A DNA stretch of 64,000 nucleotides, taken from Octopus vulgaris (Eukaryota). The notes under the pieces were generated by a model that made no database searches, was not told where the DNA came from, and saw only the letters and a program-made list of their open reading frames with translations. Positions 63,102 through 64,000 of this stretch are shown piece after piece. The DNA lies in contig OX597814.1 of NCBI GenBank assembly GCA_951406725.2, positions 137,206,001 to 137,270,000 of the forward strand, written 5' to 3'. The number at the start of each line of letters is the position of its first letter. The first letter of the stretch is position 1. The position numbers and the translations under genes are program-made.

Positions 63102-64000
63102 GTAAGTTCCTATACATTATACTTCTACCTTTCATTCTGCATTATTGTTTTGTTTCATATTTCCTCTCTAATTAATTGTAAATATACATATATATATATA
63201 TATATATATAAAAGTGAGCAAAAGTTTATCAAATATCACAGAAGATAAATTCTTGATTTATTGACATTATCTTCCCTTCCAAAGGAGAAGGAACTAACAC
63301 CGCCTGATAATTGCAATTTACTCCAAAAATAGAAAGCAAGAAAATCAAAACCTCTTTGAAACTGACATACTGATGGTGTTTGTCGAGAGCAGAATATCCT
63401 CATTCTAGAAACTTGGTGATTGTGATTGTAACCACTTTAAATTTTATATAATTAACCTGAAGCATCCTAATAACTTTGATTGTTTCTTGTAGCTCCAACT
63501 GAAACTCCACTAATACCATCCAATATGACAGGCTGCAACTCTTCATTAGAAAGATCTTCTGTACCATTACCTGCCAAAGTAATGGATTCTTCTCACAATT
63601 ACAGGTAATAATAAAATAATTATGTGATGATATATGCATCAAGTGCATGATGTATATGTAATGCAAATGTAATATTTTTGAGTGTCTGTGTAGTTATACA
63701 TGTGTGTATCTACTTTTAAAGGTTAGCCTGATGATGGTGTATTTGTCAAGATAGTACCTATGAACTTCACAGGCTCTTCTATAGCACTGAGATTGAAGCA
63801 CTTTATATATTGGTAACTAAATCAAGGAGGTCTGCCTCAAAAAGGGCTAAATCTTTTATCCTGTGAGAGCCAGATTGCCGTGATTTAATTACCAATATTA
63901 GATTCCATAAGTACTATAGCCTCTTTCAACCCAAACTAAAATCTAACATTAGAAACTTTAGAAGCTCTAAAAAGAAGTTTGTAATTTCTTTTAAGACCAG

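Noticed and set aside
63728-63791. C/D box snoRNA (TGATGA...CTGA)
   Set aside because: Non-consensus C box, no terminal stem and no recognisable rRNA complement.

Overview
AT-rich, intron-rich eukaryotic DNA. The repeat families (tRNA-derived SINEs with internal (TA/CA)n, RTE LINE tails ending in (ATG)n) point to an Octopus/coleoid cephalopod genome; this is an inference. Three protein-coding genes can be reconstructed by hand from GT-AG exons with consistent phases: (1) CNOT10, + strand, 16 coding exons, 6246-29712, about 704 aa; (2) dysbindin/DTNBP1 (BLOC-1 subunit), - strand, 7 coding exons, 45795-31381, about 360 aa, convergent with CNOT10; (3) an unidentified + strand gene with exons at 59597-59714, 61966-62052 and 63014-63101 that probably runs off the window. 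Introns and intergenic DNA are full of SINEs, RTE/CR1/CRE-type LINE relics, mariner/Tc1/hAT/piggyBac-type elements and inverted repeats. Most notable: a tRNA-headed SINE carrying a hammerhead-ribozyme-like core, a near-perfect palindrome with 167-bp arms, a mariner built from two inverted 5' ends, tandem CLEAR/M-box sites in the dysbindin promoter, and a CRE-clade retrotransposon lacking its RT core. No novel multi-gene system is evident.
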